Assembly: GCA_015062525.1 (NCBI GenBank)
Contig: SUUM01000002.1
Coordinates: 82,964-146,963, forward strand
Reading direction: 5' to 3'
Length of the DNA stretch: 64,000 bases
DNA from: Alphaproteobacteria bacterium
GTDB lineage: Bacteria > Pseudomonadota > Alphaproteobacteria > Rs-D84
The position numbers and the translations under genes are program-made. This document shows, in pieces, positions 18,570 through 28,203 of this stretch (position 1 is the stretch's first letter; every line of letters starts with the position of its first letter). The notes below the pieces were generated by a model that was given only the letters and a program-made list of their open reading frames with translations, was not told where the DNA came from and ran no database searches.

Positions 18570-19984
18570 CTTCTTGTTCCTGTGTTAAGATAAAAATACA
18601 AGTCGTTTTTTTGTTCCAGCTTTTGTCCCAATTCAATGTCGTCATATCGTTCACGCAATGTCTTGACGTCTTGGCACCTGGTGGCAAGTGATACCCCCAA
18701 CCCTAAACGGCACCCATCTATGACGGCACCCGCAGCCTCTAAAACCGTGGGGAAAAAGTCCAAGGCCGAGACTGGTCTGTTCATATTCGCGCCATCAAAA
18801 ATATGTGTGTTAATGAAAACGTTTGCCAATGGACGATTTGGAATGTGTTGTAATGTTTTCATTAAATCACCTGCGGTTTGATTGTGGTCATTTACCAAAA
18901 TTACAACGGCGTCTGGGTCGACGGTACGAAACCATCGAACAAAGTCACCAATGATACGATCGTCGCATCGGGTGATATCCGCCATGGTTTCCTGGGGAAA
19001 ACCCAGATTGCGACAGTAATCTGTAAAATAACCTTCAAGGTGAGTATTAATGGTCTCCATAAATATAAAATATGGCTTTTCAGATTTTATAATGTCAACA
19101 ATCTTAGGTTTTGCCCAATCAAAGAATGTTCCATCATCAATCCCACCAAATGGTCGTTCTGTGGGTGGATTTTCTAATTCTGCGTATATCTGTGGTCCAT
19201 CTATTACATTATTAAACCCCATACATTTCATAAAGTTAGATTTCAGCGAAAACGAACCGCTTGCGGGGAACATAGACCAAGTTTGATATCCATTATTTGA
19301 CATTATGGTCCCCAACCCGTCGGATACCCCCAACATTTTTTCAATCTTACGAAAACGGGTGTGAAACAACGGCAAGCCTGTTGTAAATCCAGTTATTGCG
19401 GCAATAGTATGCGTTAAACCCGCCACAGAATGATAGTTCAAGAAAGAAGCGTGTGATTGCTCTAGCATGCCTATTTCCGGCGTTAACAGTAATCCATCCC
19501 CCCAATCGACAGAAGGGTTGCTGTAAGCGCGCTCCATGCTTTCCAATGCAATAAACAGTACATTGCGCTTTTTCGACCAAGAGATATTTACGTCTTTGGC
19601 ATCAACATACTCTGATTCATAGAAATTTGATTTTTGGAAATTAATAAAACTGCCAAACTGTACATTGCTGACGCACAGCTCGTATCCCAGCAAACCAATG
19701 CACAAAACATATATGCACGGCATTACGTATTTTCGGTTGCGAAATACATAGCAAACAAATGTCAACCCCACGGCAATCCCAAGTGCCAAGAACACAACAT
19801 CGTTCATAAAAGACCAAAACAACCATGGGTCCGAACCTGCTGCCGTGCCAGAGCTCAAGACAATGGCAATTTCGTCAAAGTTCACACGTTTGAACAATCC
19901 GTAAACCCAGTGTGCTGATCGCGCAAACGCTAACAAGATGAATATGGATAAAAAAACTATAACATATTTCAACAGCGTCTTCAT
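18566..19984 (-). CDS. Membrane-anchored sulfatase / alkaline-phosphatase-superfamily transferase (phosphoglycerol or phosphoethanolamine transferase-like)
   Basis: N-terminal multi-TM region followed by a sulfatase-like domain. Stop overlaps dgkA, and the dgkA pairing is typical of lipid-headgroup transferases. Confidence 0.65.
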   Translation of the reverse strand: MKTLLKYVIVFLSIFILLAFARSAHWVYGLFKRVNFDEIAIVLSSGTAAGSDPWLFWSFMNDVVFLALGIAVGLTFVCYVFRNRKYVMPCIYVLCIGLLGYELCVSNVQFGSFINFQKSNFYESEYVDAKDVNISWSKKRNVLFIALESMERAYSNPSVDWGDGLLLTPEIGMLEQSHASFLNYHSVAGLTHTIAAITGFTTGLPLFHTRFRKIEKMLGVSDGLGTIMSNNGYQTWSMFPASGSFSLKSNFMKCMGFNNVIDGPQIYAELENPPTERPFGGIDDGTFFDWAKPKIVDIIKSEKPYFIFMETINTHLEGYFTDYCRNLGFPQETMADITRCDDRIIGDFVRWFRTVDPDAVVILVNDHNQTAGDLMKTLQHIPNRPLANVFINTHIFDGANMNRPVSALDFFPTVLEAAGAVIDGCRLGLGVSLATRCQDVKTLRERYDDIELGQKLEQKNDLYFYLNTGTRR

Positions 19985-20057
19985 ACGAACAATTCTAAAT
20001 CCGAAACATAATCATGGCAAGGACAAAATTCCGATAAAAAATAGAAATATATACCAA

Positions 20058-20248
20058 AGAAAAACACCGCCGTTGCCGGCGGTATTTCCGAGTGTCCCGA
20101 AAGGAAGGAAAGGAGAAAAAGAAATTGGACACTCTAAACTGTGGTGTGGGCACCAGAGTCCAGAGGAGAGAGAATGTAGGAGGGAGTCTGAACCTCTGGT
20201 CCCCACGTGATGTTTTCACATCTGTCATTGGGTTTTGTCCCTTTGACG
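20058..20248 (-). ncRNA. Candidate sRNA (~190 nt) with consensus promoter and intrinsic terminator
   Basis: On the minus strand: -35 TTGACG (20283-20278), a 17-nt spacer, -10 TATATT (20260-20255). Nested hairpins with CU-rich loops (cuccCUCCUacauucucucuccu, uuucuuuuucuccuuuccuuccuuuc). Terminator ccgccggcaacggcgg + UGUUUUU (20083-20060). Confidence 0.5.
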
Positions 20249-20431
20249 ATTTAGAATATAGTACACTAAAATCGATTCGTCAAGCGTTTTGTCAAAAAAA
20301 ATTTTTGTATTATTAAAATACTTGTATTCCTAGGAAATGGTCCTTGTTGTTTTGCCCGTATTTCTGGAATAAAATCAACATCGTATCAGACGAAAGGTTT
20401 TTTCTGGTGCATAACCAAGAGGGAGAAAAAA

Positions 20432-20677
20432 ATGACACATGAAGATGTCTGGCGTGCCATAGAACGCTTTGCAACAGAACACGGTATGTCATGTTCTGGG
20501 TTGGCAAAATGCAGCGGTCTGGATCCGACAACGTTCAATAAAAGCAAACGTTGGTCCAAAGAAGGACAACCACGATGGCCGTCCACCAACAGCATTTCCA
20601 AGATTTTGTCGTCCACAGGGGCCAAGATTCAAGACTTTACCAAGTTTATTGATCCACCGGAACCTGTGCGCGACTAG
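20432..20677 (+). CDS. Small HTH DNA-binding protein (phage CI-repressor-type HTH); paralog of 49062-49307
   Basis: SGLAKCSGLDPTTFNKSKRWSKEGQPRWPSTNSISKIL, preceded by a GAGGGAG RBS. A terminator follows at 20704-20734. Confidence 0.55.
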   Translation: MTHEDVWRAIERFATEHGMSCSGLAKCSGLDPTTFNKSKRWSKEGQPRWPSTNSISKILSSTGAKIQDFTKFIDPPEPVRD

Positions 20678-20811
20678 ATTTCACCGGTCTTGACACCCCA
20701 AAAACCGCGATGCACCCCACCGCGGTTTTTTATTGCAAAATAAAGAATACTATGCTACTAAAACCGCAAAGGTTTGCACGATGTCGTTAATCTTGACAGA
20801 AGGAGAAAGCC

Positions 20812-21003
20812 ATGCTGAAAAACAAAGTTTTAACAGAAGAGATTATCCAATCAATAGACAATACAATTCGTTTGTTGCGTGAATTAAAGTTAGATAACGA
20901 GCAAGACAGAAAGCATGTAGAGGGCAGAATTGCCGCACTAGAATGGATTAAAACGGGGCAGGGTGGCAAGATTGTTGTTAATGTTCCAAAAGAAATGAAA
21001 TAG
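20812..21003 (+). CDS. Small hypothetical protein (63 aa)
   Basis: Preceded by a GGAG RBS and followed by a terminator (cgcccgattgggcggtttttt, 21016-21036). Confidence 0.4.
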   Translation: MLKNKVLTEEIIQSIDNTIRLLRELKLDNEQDRKHVEGRIAALEWIKTGQGGKIVVNVPKEMK

Positions 21004-21075
21004 TCGTATGTCAAAATCGCCCGATTGGGCGGTTTTTTATTGGACAAGGGAATTTATATATTCTAGAATTAATCC

Positions 21076-21495
21076 ATGTTAAACGGTGTTCGTATTTATG
21101 CATCAGACACAATATGGCGCCAAATCCTGACCGACTTTGGGGCAACTGTTTTGGACGCACCAAATCCCACGGATATAAACTTTGACGATTTGAATGTTTC
21201 TGGGCCATTAACCCCAATGGAATTAAAATCATTGATATTGAACGCTAACGATGATGCGGCTGTTTTGCGTGATGTATTTGGGGCGGATGTGTCCTTGTCG
21301 CGGGTTCCGGCTCAAATCGTGGTTGCCTTGCATAAATCAGGTGGCATGACCGGCAATGAATTAAAGGCGGCATTGGGCTATGCGCCCGATGTTGCAACAC
21401 ACACAATTGATACCGCAATTTATCAGTTGCGTCGTACATATGGACGTGGATTTATCGTTAACACAAATGGGGTATATCGCATTGGCAAACTATAA
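21076..21495 (+). CDS. Hypothetical protein
   Basis: 139-aa ORF; no motif recognised. Confidence 0.4.
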   Translation: MLNGVRIYASDTIWRQILTDFGATVLDAPNPTDINFDDLNVSGPLTPMELKSLILNANDDAAVLRDVFGADVSLSRVPAQIVVALHKSGGMTGNELKAALGYAPDVATHTIDTAIYQLRRTYGRGFIVNTNGVYRIGKL

Positions 21496-22147
21496 ATTAC
21501 TATCTTTTGATAAAATCCCAAGTACCCAGGATTACGCATTGGAATTAATCGCATCTGGTCGTGCAACCGACCATACGGCGGTCCTGGCGGCGGCCCAGTC
21601 TGCGGGGCGCGGTCGCATGCGTCGCACATGGGTGTCCCACCATGGTAATGTGTACATCAGTTTTATTTACGCGTCCCCGGAACGCGATGCACGCCTGTCT
21701 TATGCGGTTGCGGTTGCGATTGCGGAAACAATTGCATCATTTGGTATTCATCCGACGATTAAATGGCCAAACGATATTTTGGTTAATGGTAAAAAAATTG
21801 CGGGCACATTAATTGAATATTCTGGCAATTTTGTGGTTGTTGGAATTGGCATAAATGTAAATTCAAATCCAACGGTTGACCGATACAAAACAACCAAAAT
21901 GGACAATTTTGCCGAAATTCCTATGAATGAATTATTAAATCGTCTGATGCGCAACATGGATAAATGGCGTCGTGCGGATTTTCGTGCGGTGCGCGCCCGT
22001 TGGACGGAATTAGCGGCGTGTATTAATTGCCCGGTAAAATACCAGGGCGAATCGGCGGAACTGATTGGAATAAACGAAAATGGCGCATTGGTTTTGCGTC
22101 GTGGTTCGCGCTATTTGTTGGTATATGGTGATGAAATAAGCGTATAA
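21467..22147 (+). CDS. birA: Biotin--[acetyl-CoA-carboxylase] ligase
   Basis: ASGRATDHTAVLAAAQSAGRGRMRRTWVSHHGNVYISF (GRGRxGRxW motif). Start placed at the internal Met; the ORF is open from 21380. Confidence 0.75.
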   Translation: MGYIALANYKLLSFDKIPSTQDYALELIASGRATDHTAVLAAAQSAGRGRMRRTWVSHHGNVYISFIYASPERDARLSYAVAVAIAETIASFGIHPTIKWPNDILVNGKKIAGTLIEYSGNFVVVGIGINVNSNPTVDRYKTTKMDNFAEIPMNELLNRLMRNMDKWRRADFRAVRARWTELAACINCPVKYQGESAELIGINENGALVLRRGSRYLLVYGDEISV

Positions 22148-22316
22148 ATCCCTGGATTTCAGCGGGTTTGAAAATATTATCTTGACTTTTATCTGAATTT
22201 GTGATATTATATAACACATAAACAGCACAAATTCTGTCCACAACACGCGTTGTGGTTTTTTTATTCCCCATGTATTTTCTGCATGGGTTTTTATTTTTTA
22301 ACAATAGGGCCATCAA

Positions 22317-22733
22317 ATGCAAATGACATTAATAAAAAATCCAGACACGTCTGGGACTTCAAACATGGCATATAAAATCGCGCGGGTTGTCTATGCGCAA
22401 ACGGGTGGGGCATCGTTGCCATTGGTATGTGCATTTACATCAATGATAAAAAATTTATCAGACGCATCGGGCGTTGCGATATCTGATTTGATTGGCGATA
22501 AAACAATATTTCCGGCCCTGGGGGATTCGGATATAAATCATGTACGTCTGCATGTGCCGGCACAAAATCGTGCATTTCAAATGTGCGTACGTACGGCGTA
22601 TCGGATGCTGATGGGGCAACTGCCGGACAGTTGTTATGGCGCCACGCGTTTTCATTACTCGGATGAAATACCCGCATGGGCAACATCGCGTGGATACATT
22701 GCAGATATAGATGGCATATTATTTTATTTGTAA
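22317..22733 (+). CDS. SleB/Hydrolase_2-type cell-wall hydrolase (phage endolysin-like)
   Basis: IARVVYAQTGGASL... and ...GATRFHYSDEIPAWA resemble the conserved Hydrolase_2 ends. First gene of the phage-like cluster. Confidence 0.45.
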   Translation: MQMTLIKNPDTSGTSNMAYKIARVVYAQTGGASLPLVCAFTSMIKNLSDASGVAISDLIGDKTIFPALGDSDINHVRLHVPAQNRAFQMCVRTAYRMLMGQLPDSCYGATRFHYSDEIPAWATSRGYIADIDGILFYL

Positions 22734-22744
22734 TGGTCATATTC

Positions 22745-22942
22745 ATGAAACGAATAATACGCGGTGGATACCTGTCTGGGTATCGTACATACATAATTTC
22801 TGCAACGGGTATTTTGTCAGCCATTGGTGCATACCTGGTTGGCGATACAGATTTGTTCACAATGTTGCAGGCAATATTTACATTGGCTGGAATATATTTT
22901 CTGCGCCGTTCAAACGAAACCAAAGGAAAAAATAATGGATAA
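22745..22942 (+). CDS. Small two-TM membrane protein (holin-like)
   Basis: Two hydrophobic helices and a charged C-terminus, immediately after the putative endolysin. Confidence 0.35.
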   Translation: MKRIIRGGYLSGYRTYIISATGILSAIGAYLVGDTDLFTMLQAIFTLAGIYFLRRSNETKGKNNG

Positions 22943-23591
22943 CATCCCAGAAAAATTTCGCAACAATGATGGAACATTGAATACAGATGCGTTAATGCGA
23001 TCTTATAATGAATTGGAAAAAAAGATTGGCACAATGGTATCGATTCCAAATGAAAATTCAGATGATGCTGCGCGCCAAAAATTTAATCGTGCAATTGGTG
23101 TTCCGGACAGTGCATCTGAATATCCGACCAATGAATTATATGATGATGAAAATCTGCGTCAAAAATTTTTTGAAATAGGTTTAACAAAACACCAGGTGGA
23201 AAAAATTTATGATATAGCGAACGATTTTTTATCACCAGTAATTTCAGAATTGTTTGCCGCGCGTGATGATGTATCTGCGATGAATGAATTAAAAAATTTC
23301 TTTGGTGGCGATGAAAAAATGCTAGATGCATTGCGTGCGATAAACACATTTGGTGAACGTTTTTTACCACAAGATGCATTTGAATCATTGTGCGCCACAC
23401 CCCAGGGAATTCAAAGCGTGTACAAGATGATGCAATCAATGGAACCAAATATTAAAACAGACAAAAACGAAAATGAAAATTTATCAGATTCTGATTTGCG
23501 TCGCATGATGCGTGATCCAAAATATTGGCGTGATGGTGATACAGAATACATTCGAAAAATAGAAAACGGTTTCAAAAAATTGTATTCATAA
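22935..23591 (+). CDS. Putative phage head scaffolding protein
   Basis: N-terminal MDNIPEKFRNNDGTLNTDALMRSYNELEKKIG matches the IPEKF..DG..D.DAL.KSY.ELEKK scaffold signature of podovirus-like phages. Acidic and helical. Confidence 0.5.
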   Translation: MDNIPEKFRNNDGTLNTDALMRSYNELEKKIGTMVSIPNENSDDAARQKFNRAIGVPDSASEYPTNELYDDENLRQKFFEIGLTKHQVEKIYDIANDFLSPVISELFAARDDVSAMNELKNFFGGDEKMLDALRAINTFGERFLPQDAFESLCATPQGIQSVYKMMQSMEPNIKTDKNENENLSDSDLRRMMRDPKYWRDGDTEYIRKIENGFKKLYS

Positions 23592-23703
23592 TTTACAATA
23601 ATGCACTTTCTGCTTTACTAAGTTTTGTAATTACGATAAAATGTAATCAAGAACAAAACAGATTTGTTCTGTCCAAAACTTTTTATATTGAAGGAGAGAA
23701 AGA

Positions 23704-24165
23704 ATGGCATTCTTGTTTAAAAGAAAAACAGCAAAGAAAGTAGTTGCTGAAAAACCAGCGGCAAAACCAGCAGCAAAGAAAGCACCTGCAAAAAAAGTAG
23801 CTGCAAAACCAGTTGCGAAAAAAGCACCTGCTAAAAAAGTGGCTGCAAAACCAGTTGCGAAAAAAGCACCTGCAAAGAAAGTAGCGGCAAAACCAGTTGC
23901 AAAGAAAGCGCCTGCAAAAAAGGTAGCGGCAAAACCAGTTGCAAAGAAAGCACCTGCAAAAAAAGTAGCGGCAAAACCAGTTGCAAAGAAAGCACCTGCT
24001 AAAAAAGTAGCTGCAAAACCAGTTGCGAAGAAAGCACCCGCTAAAAAAGCAGCGGCAAAACCAGTTGCGAAAAAAGCACCTGCAAAAAAAGTAGCGGCAA
24101 AACCAGCTGTTAAAAAAGCATGTGCAAAAAAAACATGTGCAAAAAAAGTTTGCAAGAAAAAATAA
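23704..24165 (+). CDS. Lys/Ala-rich tandem-repeat basic protein (histone H1-like)
   Basis: ~9 copies of the 14-aa unit [14 protein letters not shown] (42-nt DNA repeats at 23790-24110); Cys-containing basic C-terminus; terminator at 24179-24200. Confidence 0.65.
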   Translation: MAFLFKRKTAKKVVAEKPAAKPAAKKAPAKKVAAKPVAKKAPAKKVAAKPVAKKAPAKKVAAKPVAKKAPAKKVAAKPVAKKAPAKKVAAKPVAKKAPAKKVAAKPVAKKAPAKKAAAKPVAKKAPAKKVAAKPAVKKACAKKTCAKKVCKKK

Positions 24166-24380
24166 TATCAATTATTAACCCCGCATCTGCGGGGTTTTTT
24201 AATAAAAGTATCAGTCAGATATTTGCGCAGGTCTGACTGATATTTTTTATGGATAATCCGCACCTGCGGACCCTAAAACTTTTTGTCTGATGGCGCATTT
24301 TATGCACAACCAAAATACAAAATATTTTGCGGTGCCGTACATTGGCACCTGTGTTTAATTTTATACCAAAGGATTTTTTT

Positions 24381-25202
24381 ATGTCTGTTTCCATCGATAA
24401 TGTATTTGTGAAACAATTCGAGGCTGATGTTCATTTAGCGTACCAGCAAATGGGCACAAAACTGCGTTCCACGGTTCGCAGTAAATCGGGTGTCGTCGGT
24501 GCATCCACTACATTTCAAAAGGTTGGTCGTGGCACGGCCAGCACCAAATCACGTCATGGTATTGTGCCTGTGATGAATCTGAATCACGAACCGGTTGAAT
24601 GTATGTTGGCTGATTATTACGCGGGCGATTGGGTTGACGCATTGGATGAATTAAAGGTAAATATTGATGAACGTCGTGTTGTTGCATCTGCGGGCGCATA
24701 TGCCCTGGGGCGCAAGACCGATGAATTAATCGTGTCGGCCATGAACAATGCAACGGCAAATGTTGGAGATTATTCAACTGGTCTGACCAAAGATTTGATT
24801 TTATCGGCGGTCGAAGTCTTGAACACTAACGACGTCCCAGATGATGGTCGTCGTTTTGCGGTTGTTGGCGTACGCCAATGGAATGAACTGTTGTCAATGG
24901 ATGAATTCGTATCTGCCGATTACGTAGGTGATGCGTTGCCATTGTTGAACGGGGGCGTCGCACGCAAATGGTTGGGCATTACATGGGTTCTGTATAACGG
25001 TCTGCCGGGCACAGATACAAATCGCGATTGCTTTATCTATCACGCATCCAGCATCGGTCATGCCTGTGGCCAGGAAGTCAAAACGGATATCTCGTGGCAT
25101 GGTGAACGCGCTGCACACTTTATCAGCAACAGCATGTCCCAGGGTGCGGTCTTGATTGACGGCGATGGCATTGTCCGCGTTAAATGTTCGGATGCTGAAT
25201 AA
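24381..25202 (+). CDS. Putative phage major capsid protein
   Basis: The only call basis is its position immediately after the scaffold gene and its size (274 aa). Start at MSVSIDN after AAAGGA. Confidence 0.45.
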   Translation: MSVSIDNVFVKQFEADVHLAYQQMGTKLRSTVRSKSGVVGASTTFQKVGRGTASTKSRHGIVPVMNLNHEPVECMLADYYAGDWVDALDELKVNIDERRVVASAGAYALGRKTDELIVSAMNNATANVGDYSTGLTKDLILSAVEVLNTNDVPDDGRRFAVVGVRQWNELLSMDEFVSADYVGDALPLLNGGVARKWLGITWVLYNGLPGTDTNRDCFIYHASSIGHACGQEVKTDISWHGERAAHFISNSMSQGAVLIDGDGIVRVKCSDAE

Positions 25203-25242
25203 CACACTTTGAAATTCAACTTTTAACCAAAAGGAAACACAT

Positions 25243-25476
25243 ATGGCTTTTCAGAACAAGAATTTATCTGTCATCGCGTATGCAAATGGATTTACATTGT
25301 GGCATTATTGCGGCACATCTGAAACATTGGCAACAATTAGTGCCAACGGATATTTCAATGCGGTCAAAACATTGATGAACATTGGTGATATTATCATCAT
25401 CAACGCATCAGATAACACCGCGATTAAGAAAATTAATATCACAGACCTGAATGTGACAACGGTTGCATTGGCATAA
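25243..25476 (+). CDS. Small phage-cluster protein
   Basis: ORF with RBS; context only. Confidence 0.3.
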   Translation: MAFQNKNLSVIAYANGFTLWHYCGTSETLATISANGYFNAVKTLMNIGDIIIINASDNTAIKKINITDLNVTTVALA

Positions 25477-25557
25477 CATACTTTTTTTTCTCCTTTCCTT
25501 TAGGGGTCGGCAAAAATTTGCCGACCTTAAAACATTTATAAAACCAAAGGTGCAAAA

Positions 25558-26076
25558 ATGCTTACTAAAATAGACTTATGCTCTATGGCGTTATTAAAAA
25601 TTGGCGAAAGCCCAATTCAATCATTAACCGATGACAGCGCACCTGCGAAACTGGCACGTACATTGTTTGATACTGTGATGGATTCACTTATTTCCGCCCA
25701 CCCATGGCGTTTTGCAACCCAAGTTCTGGATTTAACCAAGAACACAGACGGCGATTTTTTAATTCCGACCAACGTTTTGCGCGTGTTAAAAACATCTGGA
25801 CGCATCAACGGAAACCGGGTTGTCTGCGATGGTGACACAACAACAATAACAGCCGTTGTAAAAACGTCCCCAGAATCATATCCGGGATATTTTGTATCCC
25901 TGGCGGCGACACGCCTGGCGATGGAATTTTGTATTCCGTTAATGGGGGATCAAACAGTATTTCGCATGTTGGCGGCATTGTATGAAACAGAATTACAAAC
26001 CGCAAAGTTCATAGACAGTACAACTGCCACATCTGATGGTATATCTGATTTTTCATTAATTAACGCACGCTTTTAA
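25558..26076 (+). CDS. Phage structural protein, hypothetical
   Basis: Context only. Confidence 0.35.
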   Translation: MLTKIDLCSMALLKIGESPIQSLTDDSAPAKLARTLFDTVMDSLISAHPWRFATQVLDLTKNTDGDFLIPTNVLRVLKTSGRINGNRVVCDGDTTTITAVVKTSPESYPGYFVSLAATRLAMEFCIPLMGDQTVFRMLAALYETELQTAKFIDSTTATSDGISDFSLINARF

Positions 26077-26093
26077 TTTGGGGGATTTATCAC

Positions 26094-27809
26094 ATGGCAG
26101 ATTTTATTAAAACACAAAATTCATTTGCAAATGGTGCGGTTGCGCCCGAATTCTATGCGCGCGATAATATCAACGGCCTGTCCAGATTGGAAAATATGGA
26201 TGTTTTGGCGGGTGGCGGTCTGTCGCGTCGGTGCGGATTGCGTGATATAATTTCGTTGCGGGGACCGGCACGTTTAATACCTTTTTCCGTGTCAGATGGC
26301 GAAGAGTATATTCTTGCAATAACTGATTTTTATATTGGTATATACCAAGACGGCATACGCACTCAATCGCTAAAGACCCCATGGTCATATAATGATGCCA
26401 TGCATCTGCAATATGCCCAGCGTTTTGGAACAATGATATTTGTACATCCTGATTATCAGCCACAAACATTGTATAAATCAGGCGACACATTTTGTTTTCG
26501 TGAATTTGAATTTTCGCGCAACGATGCGGATATGACGGTTAATATGCCATTTGTAAAGTTTGATGATGCATCCGACATAAAAATAACGGTCAGCGCCCAT
26601 TCATCTGGCAATAACTATGCAACGTTCACCACAAACGCAGATTTTTGGACGCCTGAAAATGTTGGCGGTCGTCTGCATTTATTGACACGTCAATGGCAAA
26701 TCACAGAATACATCAGTCCGACACAGGTCGTTGTTCATACAAATGGCACCTATACTTTGCCGAACGCGGCTGTATCTGATTGGCGCGAGTGTGCATTCAG
26801 CACGCGTCGCGGTTGGCCACGCAGTATTACATTTCACCAAGATAGATTGGTGTTTGGTGGTTCGCGTTCATGGCCGGCGGGAATATGGCTGTCGCGTGTT
26901 GGACAACATAATAACTTTGACACTGGTACTGGTCTGGATGACGAAGCGATATTTATATCTTTATTATCGGCACAACGTCAACAAATTTGCACCGTCGTCA
27001 GCAGTGATTCATTACAAATCCTGACCAATGTCGGTGAATGGGCTATTTCCAGCAAGCCTTTAACCCCATCTGTTGTTGATATTAAACAACACACATCAGT
27101 CGGTTCGTATGTTGCGCGTTATCTGCCACCCCAGAAAATCGAAGGCGCAACCGTATTTGTATCTACATCCGGTCATGATATACGCGAATTGGCATTGGAT
27201 GAACTGGGTGAAAAATATAACGCAAATGATTTATGTGCATTTTCCAAGCATTTGCTAAATAATCCGATTGATATGGCATATAATGATTCCACGCGCCAAT
27301 TGTTTGTTGTATTGGCGGATGGCACAATGTCTGTTTTGAACCAGAATGCGGCCCTGGGGATTTCTGCATGGGGCGCGTATAAAACCCGTGGTGAATTTTT
27401 ATCGGTTGCGGTTTGTGATGGGCATACGTATGTTGCAACACACCGTGAAGATGGTGTGCATTTGGAAAGATTTGATGCAGATACAATGACGGACGCAGGC
27501 AAGTACAGTTTTTCTTTTTATGCATCTGGTCTGCCTTTGCGCGCGTCCGGGCATAATGCCACGCGTCTGCGCCTGCGCAAGATAGTGGCGCGTGTTCTAA
27601 ACACTAAATCCATATCAATAAACAATCATCAAATAACCCTGCCAAATGAAATATATGCCCCCAACCATCCTGGATTCAGCGGCGATGTTTCCGTTGGTCT
27701 GTTGGGAACCAAGAACGATTGTATGACGCCAACATGGACAATTCATGGCAACGAAGATTATCCAATAACGGTACTTTCTGTCAGTTTGCACGGTTGGTAC
27801 TCGGTTTAA
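26094..27809 (+). CDS. Large phage structural protein (tail/tubular-type?), hypothetical
   Basis: 571-aa ORF downstream of the capsid gene; context only. Confidence 0.4.
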   Translation: MADFIKTQNSFANGAVAPEFYARDNINGLSRLENMDVLAGGGLSRRCGLRDIISLRGPARLIPFSVSDGEEYILAITDFYIGIYQDGIRTQSLKTPWSYNDAMHLQYAQRFGTMIFVHPDYQPQTLYKSGDTFCFREFEFSRNDADMTVNMPFVKFDDASDIKITVSAHSSGNNYATFTTNADFWTPENVGGRLHLLTRQWQITEYISPTQVVVHTNGTYTLPNAAVSDWRECAFSTRRGWPRSITFHQDRLVFGGSRSWPAGIWLSRVGQHNNFDTGTGLDDEAIFISLLSAQRQQICTVVSSDSLQILTNVGEWAISSKPLTPSVVDIKQHTSVGSYVARYLPPQKIEGATVFVSTSGHDIRELALDELGEKYNANDLCAFSKHLLNNPIDMAYNDSTRQLFVVLADGTMSVLNQNAALGISAWGAYKTRGEFLSVAVCDGHTYVATHREDGVHLERFDADTMTDAGKYSFSFYASGLPLRASGHNATRLRLRKIVARVLNTKSISINNHQITLPNEIYAPNHPGFSGDVSVGLLGTKNDCMTPTWTIHGNEDYPITVLSVSLHGWYSV

Positions 27810-27836
27810 CACACTATAAAATACAAGGACATAAAC

Positions 27837-28184
27837 ATGGGACAAGTTGTATCAGATATAACAGAAATCTTGGATTACAAAGACGCTAAAAAGGCGGCAA
27901 AAAACCAACGCCAGGAAATTATTGCACAAATGGCGGCGGATGAAGCGGAAAAAACAAATCTGGTGAAAAAGGCATTGGCAACCCAGCGTGCAAAATACGG
28001 TGCATCTGGCATGCGCACCGCCGGGATAACCGAAGGTGCGGTGTTGCGACGCTTGAAATCGGAAACCGCCGCCCCGTACGAAGAAAAACGTCGCAACAAT
28101 ATGACAAAATTAAAAAACGCGCGTGCTAAAAAGCCAAATTTATTGAAATCTTTACTATCCAGATTTGATGATTTGGTTGGTTAA
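27837..28184 (+). CDS. Basic hypothetical phage protein
   Basis: Context only. Confidence 0.3.
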   Translation: MGQVVSDITEILDYKDAKKAAKNQRQEIIAQMAADEAEKTNLVKKALATQRAKYGASGMRTAGITEGAVLRRLKSETAAPYEEKRRNNMTKLKNARAKKPNLLKSLLSRFDDLVG

Positions 28185-28203
28185 TATGTGATGGGGGTAT
28201 ACT

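Noticed and set aside
19995-20228. 77-aa ORF on the minus strand inside the sRNA candidate
   Set aside because: It has no RBS, an odd composition (FFFSFPSF, RRQRRCF), and overlaps the predicted hairpins and terminator. The region is better explained as non-coding RNA.
23631-24171. Minus-strand ORFs 23631-24155 and 23683-24171 (FFATGFAAT... and CRCFF... repeats)
   Set aside because: They are mirror images of the Lys/Ala 42-nt repeat array. The plus-strand reading frame has a start, an RBS context and a terminator, and gives a biologically sensible basic protein.
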